Source: Rhodanobacter sp. | GTDB lineage: Bacteria > Pseudomonadota > Gammaproteobacteria > Xanthomonadales > Rhodanobacteraceae | Assembly (NCBI GenBank): GCA_049280175.1 | Contig: JBAPPP010000103.1 | Span: forward strand, 1-43,938 | Direction of reading: 5' to 3' | Length of the DNA stretch: 43,938 nt | Shown here: piece after piece, positions 24,007-33,906 of the stretch | Position numbering within the stretch: the first letter of the stretch is position 1 | Layout: every line of letters begins with the position of its first letter | Made by a program: the position numbers and the translations under genes | The notes under the pieces: model-generated | The model's input: the letters and a program-made list of their open reading frames with translations, nothing else | Database searches by the model: none | What the model was told of the DNA's origin: nothing

Positions 24007-25383
24007 ATGAACCGTCATTTTGACGCAGTAATCATCGGCGCTGGGCAGGCTGGGCCAACGCTGGCCGAGCGTCTGAGCAAGGCGGGTCGTCGCGTTGCGG
24101 TGATCGAGCGAAAGCTGGTTGGAGGAACCTGCGTCAATACCGGGTGTATCCCGACCAAGGCGATGGTGGCTAGCGCCTATGTGGCGCATATGACGCGGCG
24201 GGCTCAAGAGTATGGCGTGCTGACGGCAGATCCTCGGGTCGACATGCAGAAGGTCTGGCAGCGCACAAAGGGCATCTCGGGCCAGTCCCGCGACGGCCTT
24301 GAGCAGTGGTTGCAGGGAATGGACAATGTGACGCTACTGAAAGCGCCGGCCCAGTTTGAATCCCCCACGACCCTGCGTGTGGGCGCTGAAATCATCGAAG
24401 CGGAGTCGTTCTTCATCAATGTCGGCGGTCGTGCATCCGTCCCCGCGATGCCTGGGGTTGAATCCGTACCGTTTCTTACCAACTCCGGAATGATGGAACT
24501 CCAAGAGCTTCCGGAGCACCTGATCATTATTGGTGGAAGCTATATCGGCCTGGAATTCGGGCAGATGTTTCGTCGTTTTGGATCGAAGGTAACGATTGTG
24601 GAACGGGGGGATCGGCTGCTTCCGCGAGAAGACGAAGACGTCTCGACGGCCATCCTGAAATTAATTCAGGACGAAGACATCAAGGTGCATCTGGGAGACG
24701 AATGCATCGACCTGAGCGGAGTCGCTGGAGCTATCAGTGTAAAGGCCGAAGGAGACCGGTCGTGCGAGAAAGCAATAGGATCCCATCTGCTTCTCGCGGT
24801 TGGACGTCGGCCCAATACCGACGACCTGGGCCTGGACAAGGCTGGCGTTGCCGTCAATGAACACGGTTACATTGAGGTGGATGATTTTTGCCGAACCAGC
24901 GTGTCGAACATATGGGCGCTGGGTGACTGCAATGGTCGGGGCGCTTTTACGCATACCGCCTACAATGACTTCGAGATTGTCGCTGCGAATCTCCTGGACG
25001 GGGACAGCCGGCGCATTTCCGATCGTATCCTGGCGTACAGCTTGTTTACCGATCCGCCCATGGCGCGTATCGGCATGACGGAGACAGAGGCGCGGAAGTC
25101 GGGGCGCAACGTCATGGTGGGTATAAGACCGATGACAAGGGTCGGGCGCGCAGTGGAGCGGGGCGAGACCGTGGGATTCATGAAGGTTGTTGTCGACGGC
25201 GCAAACCAAATGTTGCTCGGAGCAGCCATCTTCGGGGTGAACGGTGACGAGGCAATTCATTGCCTGCTCGACGTGATGTATGCCAAAGCGCCTTACACCG
25301 TGATTTCCCACGCTGTGCACATCCACCCAACGGTGGCTGAGCTGTTGCCTACCGTGCTTCAAAGTTTACGTCCCGCTCAATGA
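24007..25383 (+). CDS. FAD-dependent pyridine nucleotide-disulfide oxidoreductase (RclA/MerA-like; not a true MerA)
   Basis: AGGAGG RBS; IIGAGQAG, GGTCVNTGCIPTK redox Cys pair, IIGGSYIGLE, ALGD, HIHPT. No N-terminal metal-binding domain and no C-terminal Cys-Cys pair. Confidence 0.9.
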   Translation: MNRHFDAVIIGAGQAGPTLAERLSKAGRRVAVIERKLVGGTCVNTGCIPTKAMVASAYVAHMTRRAQEYGVLTADPRVDMQKVWQRTKGISGQSRDGLEQWLQGMDNVTLLKAPAQFESPTTLRVGAEIIEAESFFINVGGRASVPAMPGVESVPFLTNSGMMELQELPEHLIIIGGSYIGLEFGQMFRRFGSKVTIVERGDRLLPREDEDVSTAILKLIQDEDIKVHLGDECIDLSGVAGAISVKAEGDRSCEKAIGSHLLLAVGRRPNTDDLGLDKAGVAVNEHGYIEVDDFCRTSVSNIWALGDCNGRGAFTHTAYNDFEIVAANLLDGDSRRISDRILAYSLFTDPPMARIGMTETEARKSGRNVMVGIRPMTRVGRAVERGETVGFMKVVVDGANQMLLGAAIFGVNGDEAIHCLLDVMYAKAPYTVISHAVHIHPTVAELLPTVLQSLRPAQ

Positions 25384-25587
25384 CAGGTGGTGATCGTCGC
25401 GACACAGGCAAGCTTCGCCTGATCGGCTATGTGGTGGCGGCAGCGCGTGGTATCCCGATGTCGATCAAGCAATCCCCAACTGAAGCGCTGATCACTTATC
25501 GGCTCTCGGAAAAGTGAACTTCAATGGACTGCCCAGCAACGGGTGTCGGACATGGCACCCACGATCCGACGAAAGAGGTTTCCGATC

Positions 25588-26229
25588 ATGAGTACGACCA
25601 TTGCGGGCGTCCAGATTCCCGACAGTCAGCTGGCACGTGAGGCTACCGATCTGGTTCGCGACACCGAAACACCTCTTCTCTACCACCATTCCCGGCGCGT
25701 GTTCCTGTTCGGGGCATTGACGGGGAAGCAACGCGGACTTGCCTTCGATCCTGAGCTTCTCTACGTCGGCGCCATGTTTCACGATATGGGGCTGGTGCCG
25801 CCGTACAGCACGGCAACCGAGCGCTTCGAAGTGGACAGTGCAAATGCAGCGCGCGCCTTTTTACGTAGCCACGGCATCTCCGAGACCTCCGCCGACCTGG
25901 TCTGGACGGCGATTGCCTTGCACACCACGCCAAATATTCCGCCGCTGATGAAGCCTGAGATCGCTCTGGTGACTGCCGGAGTTGAGATGGACGTGCTTGG
26001 CCTCGGGTTCCCGGTGGTTTCCGCGGAGGACAGGAAGCTTGTGGTGGATGCGCATCCTCGCGGCACGCAATTCAAGAAAGACATCGTCGAAGCGTTTTAT
26101 CAGGGAAACAAGCACAAACCGGACACCACTTTCGGCAACGTCAATGCCGACGTGCTGGCATTGAAGGATCCACACTTTCATCGGACAAATTTTTGCGACG
26201 TGATCCAGAACTCGGCGTGGCCAAGCTGA
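25588..26229 (+). CDS. HD-domain protein (metal-dependent hydrolase, cyanamide-hydratase-like clade)
   Basis: IPDSQLAREAT, LYHHSRRVFLFG, AMFHDMGL, RFEVDSANAARAFL, AIALHT. GAGG RBS before ATG25588. Confidence 0.85.
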   Translation: MSTTIAGVQIPDSQLAREATDLVRDTETPLLYHHSRRVFLFGALTGKQRGLAFDPELLYVGAMFHDMGLVPPYSTATERFEVDSANAARAFLRSHGISETSADLVWTAIALHTTPNIPPLMKPEIALVTAGVEMDVLGLGFPVVSAEDRKLVVDAHPRGTQFKKDIVEAFYQGNKHKPDTTFGNVNADVLALKDPHFHRTNFCDVIQNSAWPS

Positions 26230-26295
26230 CTTGCGTCCTGCGATTCGTGCGCCAGCGCATCCTTGGTTACCTGCCGATCCAGTACATCACCGGCG

Positions 26296-27297
26296 CTAGT
26301 GGACGATATCGATTACGACTTTCCCCTGCGCCTGCCGACTCTGTAGAAGCTCGTAGGCATCATCAACGGACGTCAGGTCGAAGCGTCGAGCATCGACGAA
26401 CGGCACGATTTCTCCGGACTCGGCCAGCCGGGTGGCTTCGCGCAGGATTTCGCCGTGATGTGCTCGGCCCTCACCAGTCAACAAGGGAAGCAAGGTGAAG
26501 ACACCCGAATAAGTGGCGGCACGAAATGAGAGCGGCGCGAGCGCATGGGTTCCCCAACCCAGGGCACTGACGACATGACCGAATCGCTTCACCGCCTTGA
26601 AGGAAGCATCCAGGCTCGTACCGCCGGCGGTGTCATAGACAAGGTCGAAACCGACACCACCGGTATGCATCGCCACATAGTCATCGACGTTCACTTGTGC
26701 ATAGTCGATCGACGTTGCACCCAGGCCCTCAATGGCCTCGGCACTGGCGGCCGAGCCCGTCGCGAACACGGTGGTGCCATAGGCGCGAGCAATCTGGATC
26801 GCAACACGCCCGACACCACCTGCGCCGCCCTGGACCAGCACGGTTTGGCCAGCACGTACTTTTGCGCGGTCGACCATACCTTCCCATGCCGTGATGAAGG
26901 CCAGCGGAAGCGATGCGGCGTCGCGCATGCTGAAGTTGGACGGTTTGAGGGCAAGCAGATCCGCATCGACCGCTGCGAATTCGGCGAGAGATCCCTGCAC
27001 GCCGCCCACACCACCGGTCATGCCATAGACCTCATCGCCGGTTCGAAACGTGGTGACCCCCGGTCCCACGGCCTCAACGACGCCGGCAAGATCGATGCCC
27101 AGAATCGCAGGCAATGGATGTCTGGCGTGAGCTGCGTTGCCGCTGCGAATTTTCAGATCCAGTGGGTTGACGCCGCTTGCAGCGATACGCACCAGCACTT
27201 GTCCGGGACCTGCCTCAGGGCGGCTTACGCTGGCATGGCGAAACCTGTCGCCATGCTTCTCTAAAACGGCGGCGTTCATGGAGTCGGTCTTGTTCAT
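26296..27297 (-). CDS. Medium-chain dehydrogenase/reductase (quinone-oxidoreductase-like, lacking catalytic Zn ligands)
   Basis: VLVRIAASGVNPLDLKIRSG, ILGIDLAGVV, VLVQGGAGGVG, GKVVI. Confidence 0.9.
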   Translation of the reverse strand: MNKTDSMNAAVLEKHGDRFRHASVSRPEAGPGQVLVRIAASGVNPLDLKIRSGNAAHARHPLPAILGIDLAGVVEAVGPGVTTFRTGDEVYGMTGGVGGVQGSLAEFAAVDADLLALKPSNFSMRDAASLPLAFITAWEGMVDRAKVRAGQTVLVQGGAGGVGRVAIQIARAYGTTVFATGSAASAEAIEGLGATSIDYAQVNVDDYVAMHTGGVGFDLVYDTAGGTSLDASFKAVKRFGHVVSALGWGTHALAPLSFRAATYSGVFTLLPLLTGEGRAHHGEILREATRLAESGEIVPFVDARRFDLTSVDDAYELLQSRQAQGKVVIDIVH

Positions 27298-27380
27298 GCT
27301 CGGGTTCTCAGTGATTGTTCTCTAGGCTGCAAATATTTCTCAGTATCTACCTGAGGAAGTTGGGTTGATCGGCGCTGCCA

Positions 27381-28433
27381 TCACGCGACACGCGCAAGTT
27401 TTCGGTTGAGAAAATCACGCATATATGACGCGATTTCTGGCGCGTGGGTTTCCAGCGCAAAGTGGCCCGTGTCCAGCAGATGCACTTCGGCATCAGGGAT
27501 ATCGCGACGATACGCTTGCGCACCGGCTGGAATAAACGCCGGGTCGTTCTTGCCCCAAACAGCGAGTAAAGGCGGGCGATGGGTACGGAAATATTGCTGG
27601 AATGCTGGATAGAGAGCCACGTTGGTTCTGTAGTCGAGAATCAGGTCGAGCTGGTTCTCTTCCGCGCCGGGACGAGCCATGTAGGCGATGTCCAGCGTGT
27701 ACCCATCCGGCGAGATCAACTTGCGATCCGCGCCATGGAAATATTGGAAGTTGCGGATCGCGTCGGCGCTGAGCGAGTCGCGACAAGCTTCGCGATGCGC
27801 AGGTGTGGGCGATCGCCAGTACGTCTGCCAGGCGCCCCACTGATCGCTGAGGCCTTCGACGTAAGCGTTGCCGTTCTGACTGATGATGGCGGTGATGCGT
27901 TCCGGATGCGCAACGGCGAGGCGGTAACCGGTGGGTGCGCCATAGTCGAACGCATAGATTGCGTATCGCTTCAGACCCAGTGCAATCGTGAACTCATCGA
28001 TCACGCGAGCGAGGTTGCCGAAGGTGTAGTCGAAGGTGCCGCGCGGTGGTGCTTTTGTGTTCCCGAAGCCGGGGAGATCAGGCGCAATCACGCGATAATC
28101 CTGCGCAAGTAGCGGGATGAGATTGCGGAACATGTGGCTCGACGTCGGAAACCCGTGCAAGAGAAGAATCACGGGTGCATCGGCCGGGCCCGCTTCGCGA
28201 TAAAAGACTTCTACATTGCCGATGTTCCGGCTGAGATAGGAGACTTTCATCGGCACCGCTTCGTGGCCGGCCGTGGTTGCAGGGAGCGGTGCACTTTTGG
28301 AGGTCGCCATTCGTTCGCTGGCGTGAACAAGCTTTGTGGCCGTGAGCGCCGCCGCACCGGCAATGGTCGCGAACAGGGCTTTGCGCCGCTGGGTATCAAT
28401 GGATTCGATATTTTCGGAGTGGAGGGTGCTCAT
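27381..28433 (-). CDS. Alpha/beta-fold hydrolase (epoxide hydrolase/dehalogenase superfamily) with Tat-like leader
   Basis: LLHGFPTSSHMFR, APDLPGFG, nucleophile elbow FDYG, WGKND, TGHFALE; N-terminal QRRKALFATIAGAAALTATKLVHA. Start is 28433 (GAGG RBS) or 28445. Confidence 0.88.
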   Translation of the reverse strand: MSTLHSENIESIDTQRRKALFATIAGAAALTATKLVHASERMATSKSAPLPATTAGHEAVPMKVSYLSRNIGNVEVFYREAGPADAPVILLLHGFPTSSHMFRNLIPLLAQDYRVIAPDLPGFGNTKAPPRGTFDYTFGNLARVIDEFTIALGLKRYAIYAFDYGAPTGYRLAVAHPERITAIISQNGNAYVEGLSDQWGAWQTYWRSPTPAHREACRDSLSADAIRNFQYFHGADRKLISPDGYTLDIAYMARPGAEENQLDLILDYRTNVALYPAFQQYFRTHRPPLLAVWGKNDPAFIPAGAQAYRRDIPDAEVHLLDTGHFALETHAPEIASYMRDFLNRKLARVA

Positions 28434-28504
28434 GGTCGGCCTCATTGCGCGTGGTCTAGGAGGGTTCCTTGTGCGGAAGGGGTCATCCGTGTAAGATACT
28501 AACG

Positions 28505-28514
28505 ACCGATCGGT
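28505..28514. promoter_or_regulatory. Candidate TetR operator palindrome
   Basis: Perfect palindrome accgatcggt in the short divergent intergenic region between the hydrolase and TetR genes. Confidence 0.6.
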
Positions 28515-28532
28515 AGTTTACATGGGGTGCAA

Positions 28533-29099
28533 ATGAAAGCAACTCTCGATCAAATCGTTCTGGAAGCTCGCGAGCTGTTTCGTGAGCGCGGATACGCGGG
28601 CGCTTCCATGCAGGAGCTGGCGGATCGCGTTGGGCTGAAGAAACCTAGTCTGTATACCCGCTTCCCGAACAAGGAGGCCCTGGTGTCTGACGTGATGGCG
28701 TTGACGTTCGAGGAGACCTTCGCTGACTGGCCCGAAGAGTGCAGCGAATGGTTGCCGATGTACGAAACCATCATCCATCGAATCGCAGCTACGTTGAGCG
28801 ATCGAAAGCGATGCATTGGCCTGCACCTCGCCTATGGCGTATCGGAGACGACGCCGGCAGCGGCGGCTGCCGTTCGCGACTATTTTGCGGCTTTGCGTGA
28901 TCGCATGTCGGACATATTAAGCCCAGGTGTGGGCTCCGAGCGTGCGAAGGACATAGCCACCGATGCACTCACTCGTCTGGAGGGGGCGACACTCTGGATT
29001 GTCACTGCGGGCGACATGCGACCGATGGAGCGTGCGGTGGCTTCTATCATCGCCGAAGCGAGAACGGCCTCTACCGAAACCAGTCACAACAATGCTTAG
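28533..29099 (+). CDS. TetR/AcrR family transcriptional regulator
   Basis: ARELFRERGYAGASMQELADRVGLKKPSLYTRFPNKEAL helix-turn-helix; divergent from the hydrolase. Confidence 0.93.
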   Translation: MKATLDQIVLEARELFRERGYAGASMQELADRVGLKKPSLYTRFPNKEALVSDVMALTFEETFADWPEECSEWLPMYETIIHRIAATLSDRKRCIGLHLAYGVSETTPAAAAAVRDYFAALRDRMSDILSPGVGSERAKDIATDALTRLEGATLWIVTAGDMRPMERAVASIIAEARTASTETSHNNA

Positions 29100-29161
29100 C
29101 GGATTTCGAAACCTCCCATACTTTTGTGTCGCGATGCTGGAAAAGAGTTAATCGCCAAGCA

Positions 29162-29791
29162 TTAACGTGGACTATCGGATGCCAGCCAGTCACGTATGCG
29201 CTGCAGATCTTGCGGCGTATCGACGTCGACATTGTTGGTCGAGGCGAATCGTTCTACACGCGCTGCTTCCCGCTCGATCAAAGCGTGGGCGCCACGCGAG
29301 CCCGACAGCGCCGTCAATGCCGCGAAGCAGTCGCAGGGAAACAGCACGGGTGGCCCGAATACACCGTCCTGCTCGGTGACGAGTAGACGTTCCGGTGCCT
29401 CCAGGTGCCGCCGGAGCATTGGCTGGAACAGCGCCGCGTCCAACAGCGGCTGATCGGCCAGGCAGAGGAGTGCGGCGGAAGCTTGTGGGAAGGATGCTTG
29501 AACACCGCGAATGCCGGCAGCGAGCGAGCTACCCATGCCGTTCTGCCAGCCAGCGTGGCGGACGATCTGCAGCGGCAAGTCGTCGAGCGCAGCCTCGACT
29601 TTTTCGGCATGGGCCCCGGTAACCACGATGACCGGAACGCCTTGATCCAACCCAGTACGCGCGACGCGGCGCACCATGGGCTGGCCGTCGATCTCCACCA
29701 ATTGTTTGATGCCGCCGTAACGCCGGCTCTCACCCGCCGCCAGCAGCACGATGACTGGTGATGTCGGGCGGTGGAGCGAAGCGATCGTCAA
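29162..29791 (-). CDS. mocA: Molybdenum cofactor nucleotidyltransferase (MocA-like cytidylyltransferase)
   Basis: LLAAGESRRYGGIKQL, WQNGMGSSL, LADQP, PPVLF, DVDTPQDL; adjacent to xdhC and a xanthine-oxidase-family enzyme. Confidence 0.8.
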   Translation of the reverse strand: MTIASLHRPTSPVIVLLAAGESRRYGGIKQLVEIDGQPMVRRVARTGLDQGVPVIVVTGAHAEKVEAALDDLPLQIVRHAGWQNGMGSSLAAGIRGVQASFPQASAALLCLADQPLLDAALFQPMLRRHLEAPERLLVTEQDGVFGPPVLFPCDCFAALTALSGSRGAHALIEREAARVERFASTNNVDVDTPQDLQRIRDWLASDSPR

Positions 29792-30879
29792 TGGATGCCG
29801 CCTTCGTTGTCGCGCAGCGGGCCACCGCCGCGGTTGTTGATCACGGCCATGATTTCAGCGGCAATCGCCAGGGCGATTTCTTCCGGTGTTTCCGAACCGA
29901 TATCCAGGCCCGCGGGTGCATGCACATGAATGCCGGCAAGCGCGGGGTTGTCGCGCATGCGTGCAACCCGATCTCGCGATCCGAGCGCGCCGATATAAGC
30001 CACCGGTGCGCCGCGCAGTGCCGCGAGGTAGGCGATGTCCTGTTCGAGATTGTGCGTCATCACTACCACCGAGCTTTGCGCATCGAGCGGAAAGGCATCA
30101 CGCAAGTTGCCTGGCGATGCACACACCGCGCGTAACCCGGCCGGAAGCTGGGTTGCCTTCAGGCGAGCCGGGTCCTGATCGACCAGGATGGTCTGCCAGC
30201 CCAATGCCTCGGCCAACGGCAATAACGCGCGCGCCGCCGCACTGCTGCCGATGACGACCAGCGCATGCGGCGGAGCGATGGGTTCCACCAGCACGTCGAC
30301 TACGCCTCGCGCGGACGGCAGACGTGGCGTGACGACACGTTTTCCCGTCGTCGGCGCAATGGCGTCGACGATGGACCGGGTCAACGCTGGATCCTTGATG
30401 TCGTCGTGCAATAGGTCCTGTTCGCACCACAGCATTCGCTGTGGCAGCACGACCATCTCATCGACGCAGTACAGGGTAGCCATGTGGGCACAACGCCGAT
30501 CGTTGAGGCATTGCGCCAGGCTGTCGACAAAGCCCACCGCGTGCGCTGTCGCCAGCGGCTCGATCAATACCTCGAGCTCGCCACCACAGCCCATCTCCAG
30601 CAACACATCGAGCCCTGAGTCCGCGTTGTAACGAATCAGCCGGGGCAGGGTGCTGGCAATGACTTCCTGCGCGCGCACCACGATGTCGCGCTGGGGGCAC
30701 CCGCCGGATAGCTCACAGACCACGCGCCCATCGCCAAACACGAGCATGCGTGTGCCAGGTCGGCGAAAGGTGGAGCCGCGGGTGCGGGTCAGTGTTGCCA
30801 GTGCAGCCTTGGGTTGCGTATCGCGGCGCAAGGTACGAAGTGCGTCAATCAGCGTGCTCAGCTCGTGCGCCGAATTCAT
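29788..30879 (-). CDS. xdhC: XdhC/CoxI family molybdoenzyme maturation factor
   Basis: GSTFRRPGTRML, LSGGC, MGCGG, VMTHN, YIGALGSR, APAGLDIGSETPEEIALAIAAEI. Confidence 0.9.
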   Translation of the reverse strand: MNSAHELSTLIDALRTLRRDTQPKAALATLTRTRGSTFRRPGTRMLVFGDGRVVCELSGGCPQRDIVVRAQEVIASTLPRLIRYNADSGLDVLLEMGCGGELEVLIEPLATAHAVGFVDSLAQCLNDRRCAHMATLYCVDEMVVLPQRMLWCEQDLLHDDIKDPALTRSIVDAIAPTTGKRVVTPRLPSARGVVDVLVEPIAPPHALVVIGSSAAARALLPLAEALGWQTILVDQDPARLKATQLPAGLRAVCASPGNLRDAFPLDAQSSVVVMTHNLEQDIAYLAALRGAPVAYIGALGSRDRVARMRDNPALAGIHVHAPAGLDIGSETPEEIALAIAAEIMAVINNRGGGPLRDNEGGIH

Positions 30880-31132
30880 CAGTCAGGTTACCGGCCATGG
30901 ATTGGATAGCGGAGTTGTGCGAAATAAAGGCTTACTGATTGAAGTTCGAGTCTAGCGCGACATTTGTCACGGGTGTAACTATCTCTGCATGGCATTCTGG
31001 CCTCTGCTTGGTATACGCGATTTTTACGCCTATGCTGCTCGAATAAGCGTTTAGCAGTGCATGTTTGGGACGGGCTCCGGGGTACGCGCCAGCGCGCCAG
31101 CCCGGGATTCTCTACGCGCAGTGGAGGTACCT

Positions 31133-31636
31133 ATGTTGTCCTTGTCCGTTAACGGCGAGTCGCATGTAGTTGATGTCCCCGCTGATATGCCGCTGCTATG
31201 GGTCTTGCGAGACGTCATTGGGCTGACAGGCACCAAGTTTGGATGCGGCATCGCTCAATGCGGTGCGTGCACGGTGCATCTGGACGGGCAGCCAGTTCGA
31301 TCATGCGTGCTCGCGGTCGGATCGATTGGCAGCAAGGCCATCACTACGATCGAAGCCATCGGCGACACGCCCAGCGGAAAGAAAATCCAGCAGGCCTGGC
31401 TGGATGTCGATGTGGTGCAGTGCGGCTACTGCCAGTCCGGACAGATCATGTCGGCGACGGCGTTGCTCAAGCGTTCGCCCAATCCCAGCGACGCGGAAAT
31501 CGATGCCGCCATGTCGGGAAATATCTGCCGCTGCGCCACCTACGTTCGCATCCGCGCTGCTATCAAGCAGGCCGCGACGGGTAAGGCTGAAGCCATGCAG
31601 ACGATCGTCAGCGCGCCTGCGGGAGCGGCATCATGA
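31133..31636 (+). CDS. (2Fe-2S)-binding small subunit, IorA/AldG-like
   Basis: GGAGG RBS before ATG31133; [34 protein letters not shown]. Confidence 0.93.
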   Translation: MLSLSVNGESHVVDVPADMPLLWVLRDVIGLTGTKFGCGIAQCGACTVHLDGQPVRSCVLAVGSIGSKAITTIEAIGDTPSGKKIQQAWLDVDVVQCGYCQSGQIMSATALLKRSPNPSDAEIDAAMSGNICRCATYVRIRAAIKQAATGKAEAMQTIVSAPAGAAS

Positions 31637-33906
31637 AGCAGAACGCGGGCGCGGATATCTCCGACAACGTCGACGTGAGTCGACGCCGTGCGATCCAGTC
31701 CGGTGGCCTGGCCATCGCCTTCCTGTGGCTAGGCGGCGGGGGTGTCGCTCAAGCGATGATCAACGCGCGGCGGCAACCTGGCGACGCCGCAGCGGCACTG
31801 GCCGATGGAAGTCCCGCTTTCGCGCCGAATGCTTTCATCCGCATCGACACCGACGGTGCGGTGCGGCTGGTGATGTGTTCCGCCGAGATGGGGCAGGCGA
31901 TCTATACCGGTGCGAGCATGTTGCTGGCCGAAGAGCTGGGCGTTGGCCTGGACCAGATCAGCGTCGAGCATTCGCCAGCCAGCGATGAGCTGTACGGGCA
32001 GCCGCTGCTGGGCGGCCAGATTACCGGCGGATCTACCAGTACGCGCGCTACCTGGCCGGTGCTGCGCGAAGCAGGCGCTGTGGCGCGCACGTTGCTGGTT
32101 ACTGTCGCGGCAACCCAGTGGCATGTTGATCCCGCGACATGCACGGTGGATCGAGGTGTCGTTCACCACACGGTTTCGGGCCGTAGCCTGGGCTTCGGTG
32201 AGCTGGCATCGGCAGCCGGCAAGCTACCGATGCCCGACAAGGTACAACTGAAGGATCCCAAGGATTTTCAGCTGATTGGCAAGCCGATGCGGCGCGTGGA
32301 CTCTGCCGACAAGGTGAAAGGCGCTACCAAGTTCGGTATCGACGTGCGCGTGCCCGGCATGAAGATCGCGGTCGTCAAGGCGTGTCCTACCCTCAACGGA
32401 AAACTTGCTGCGGTCGATGACAAAGTGGCCAGGGCCATGCCCGGCGTGGTGGATGTGATCCATATCGACGACGCGGTCGCGGTGGTTGGCGAAAATTTCT
32501 GGGCGGCGAAGCAGGGTCTCGAAGCGCTGGAAATCACCTGGAATCCGGGCGAAAACGCGAACCTCACGACCGAGCAACTTCGTGCAGCGCTCGTCGAGAG
32601 TTCGCTCAATGGCAAGTCAATCGTGGCGCGTGAGGTTGGCCAGCGGCCAGCGGGCGGGACAACGGTTGAGTCGCAGTATCACAGTCCGATGCTCGCTCAC
32701 GCGACGATGGAACCACTCAATACCACGGTCTTCGTGACTTCCGACAAATGCGAGATCTGGGTAGGGTCGCAGGTGCCTGCGCGTGCTCTTACCGAGGCGG
32801 CCAGGATCACGGGCCTGTCCGAAGACAAGGTTATTGTGCACAACCAGTACATCGGCGGTGGGTTCGGGCGCCGCCTGGAAACGGACTCGGTCGAGCAAGC
32901 TGTCGCCTTTGCGAAACAGGTGTCCTATCCGCTCAAGGTCATCTGGACTCGGGAGGAAGATATCCGTCACGACCGCGTGCGGCCGATGTACCACGATCGA
33001 ATTTCCGCTGTGCTCGACGCGAATGGACGACCGGTCTGGTATGGCTATCGCACCAGTGGAGGCACCGTGTTGGGGCGCTTCGCACCGGGGGCGATGGGCA
33101 AGGACGGTCTCGACAGCGATGCCATCGAATGCGCGATCGAACCGCCTTATGAAATTCCAAATCTCAAGGTCGAATGGATTCGCCACGACATGCCTCCCGG
33201 CCTGGTCGTCGGCTGGTGGCGAGGTGTGGGGTCGACGCATAACTTGTTTGTCATCGAAAGCTTCATGGACGAACTGGCGCATCACGCCGGCAAGGATCCG
33301 CTGGAGTACCGTCGCGCGCTACTGCAGAAGAATCCACGAACGCTGGCGGTACTCAATCTGGCCGCCGAAAAAATAGGCTGGGGCAGTGCGCCACTGCCGT
33401 CGCGGGTTGCACGCGGTATCGCATTGGGCGAGCCATTCGGGAGTCGGGTGTGTGCCATCGTGGAGATCGAAGTTACCGCGCAGGGTGAAGTCCGCCTGCG
33501 CCGTGCCGTGGTTTCCCTGGATTGCGGTATCGGGGTCAATCCCAGTTCCATCGAAGCACAAGTTCAAGGTGGCCTCCTGTTCGGTCTCAGCGCAGCGCTG
33601 TACAGCGAGATCACGATCAAAGACGGTGCGATCGAGCAGAGCAATTTCAATGACTATCGAGTCCTGCGGATCAATGAAACCCCGCTGGTCGAAGTTCATC
33701 GCGTCCAAAATAACGAAGCACCTGGCGGTCTCGGCGAAACGGCTACCGCAATCGCTGCGCCGGCCCTTGCCAATGCGATCTTCGCGGCGACAGGCGTGCG
33801 TCTGTACAAGCTTCCGGTCGATCGGACGCTGCTTGTGCAGGACGCCGCGGCACTCAAGCGCGTGGTATCTGCAGCCAGCACCGGCGAGGGGAGGATGGCA
33901 ACGTGA
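31633..33906 (+). CDS. Molybdopterin-binding large subunit, IorB/AldH-like (xanthine oxidase family)
   Basis: Twin-Arg leader SRRRAIQ, EMGQ, TGGSTS, HATMEP, GGGFGRR, WWRGVG, AQVQGG, PGGLGE. Confidence 0.92.
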   Translation: MKQNAGADISDNVDVSRRRAIQSGGLAIAFLWLGGGGVAQAMINARRQPGDAAAALADGSPAFAPNAFIRIDTDGAVRLVMCSAEMGQAIYTGASMLLAEELGVGLDQISVEHSPASDELYGQPLLGGQITGGSTSTRATWPVLREAGAVARTLLVTVAATQWHVDPATCTVDRGVVHHTVSGRSLGFGELASAAGKLPMPDKVQLKDPKDFQLIGKPMRRVDSADKVKGATKFGIDVRVPGMKIAVVKACPTLNGKLAAVDDKVARAMPGVVDVIHIDDAVAVVGENFWAAKQGLEALEITWNPGENANLTTEQLRAALVESSLNGKSIVAREVGQRPAGGTTVESQYHSPMLAHATMEPLNTTVFVTSDKCEIWVGSQVPARALTEAARITGLSEDKVIVHNQYIGGGFGRRLETDSVEQAVAFAKQVSYPLKVIWTREEDIRHDRVRPMYHDRISAVLDANGRPVWYGYRTSGGTVLGRFAPGAMGKDGLDSDAIECAIEPPYEIPNLKVEWIRHDMPPGLVVGWWRGVGSTHNLFVIESFMDELAHHAGKDPLEYRRALLQKNPRTLAVLNLAAEKIGWGSAPLPSRVARGIALGEPFGSRVCAIVEIEVTAQGEVRLRRAVVSLDCGIGVNPSSIEAQVQGGLLFGLSAALYSEITIKDGAIEQSNFNDYRVLRINETPLVEVHRVQNNEAPGGLGETATAIAAPALANAIFAATGVRLYKLPVDRTLLVQDAAALKRVVSAASTGEGRMAT

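Noticed and set aside
24007..25383. Mercuric reductase merA
   Set aside because: Lacks the C-terminal Cys-Cys and NmerA domain; no merR/T/P nearby.
27381..28433. Haloalkane dehalogenase DhaA ortholog
   Set aside because: Has HGFP and D-Y rather than the HGNP/HGEP and D-W halide-stabilising motifs.
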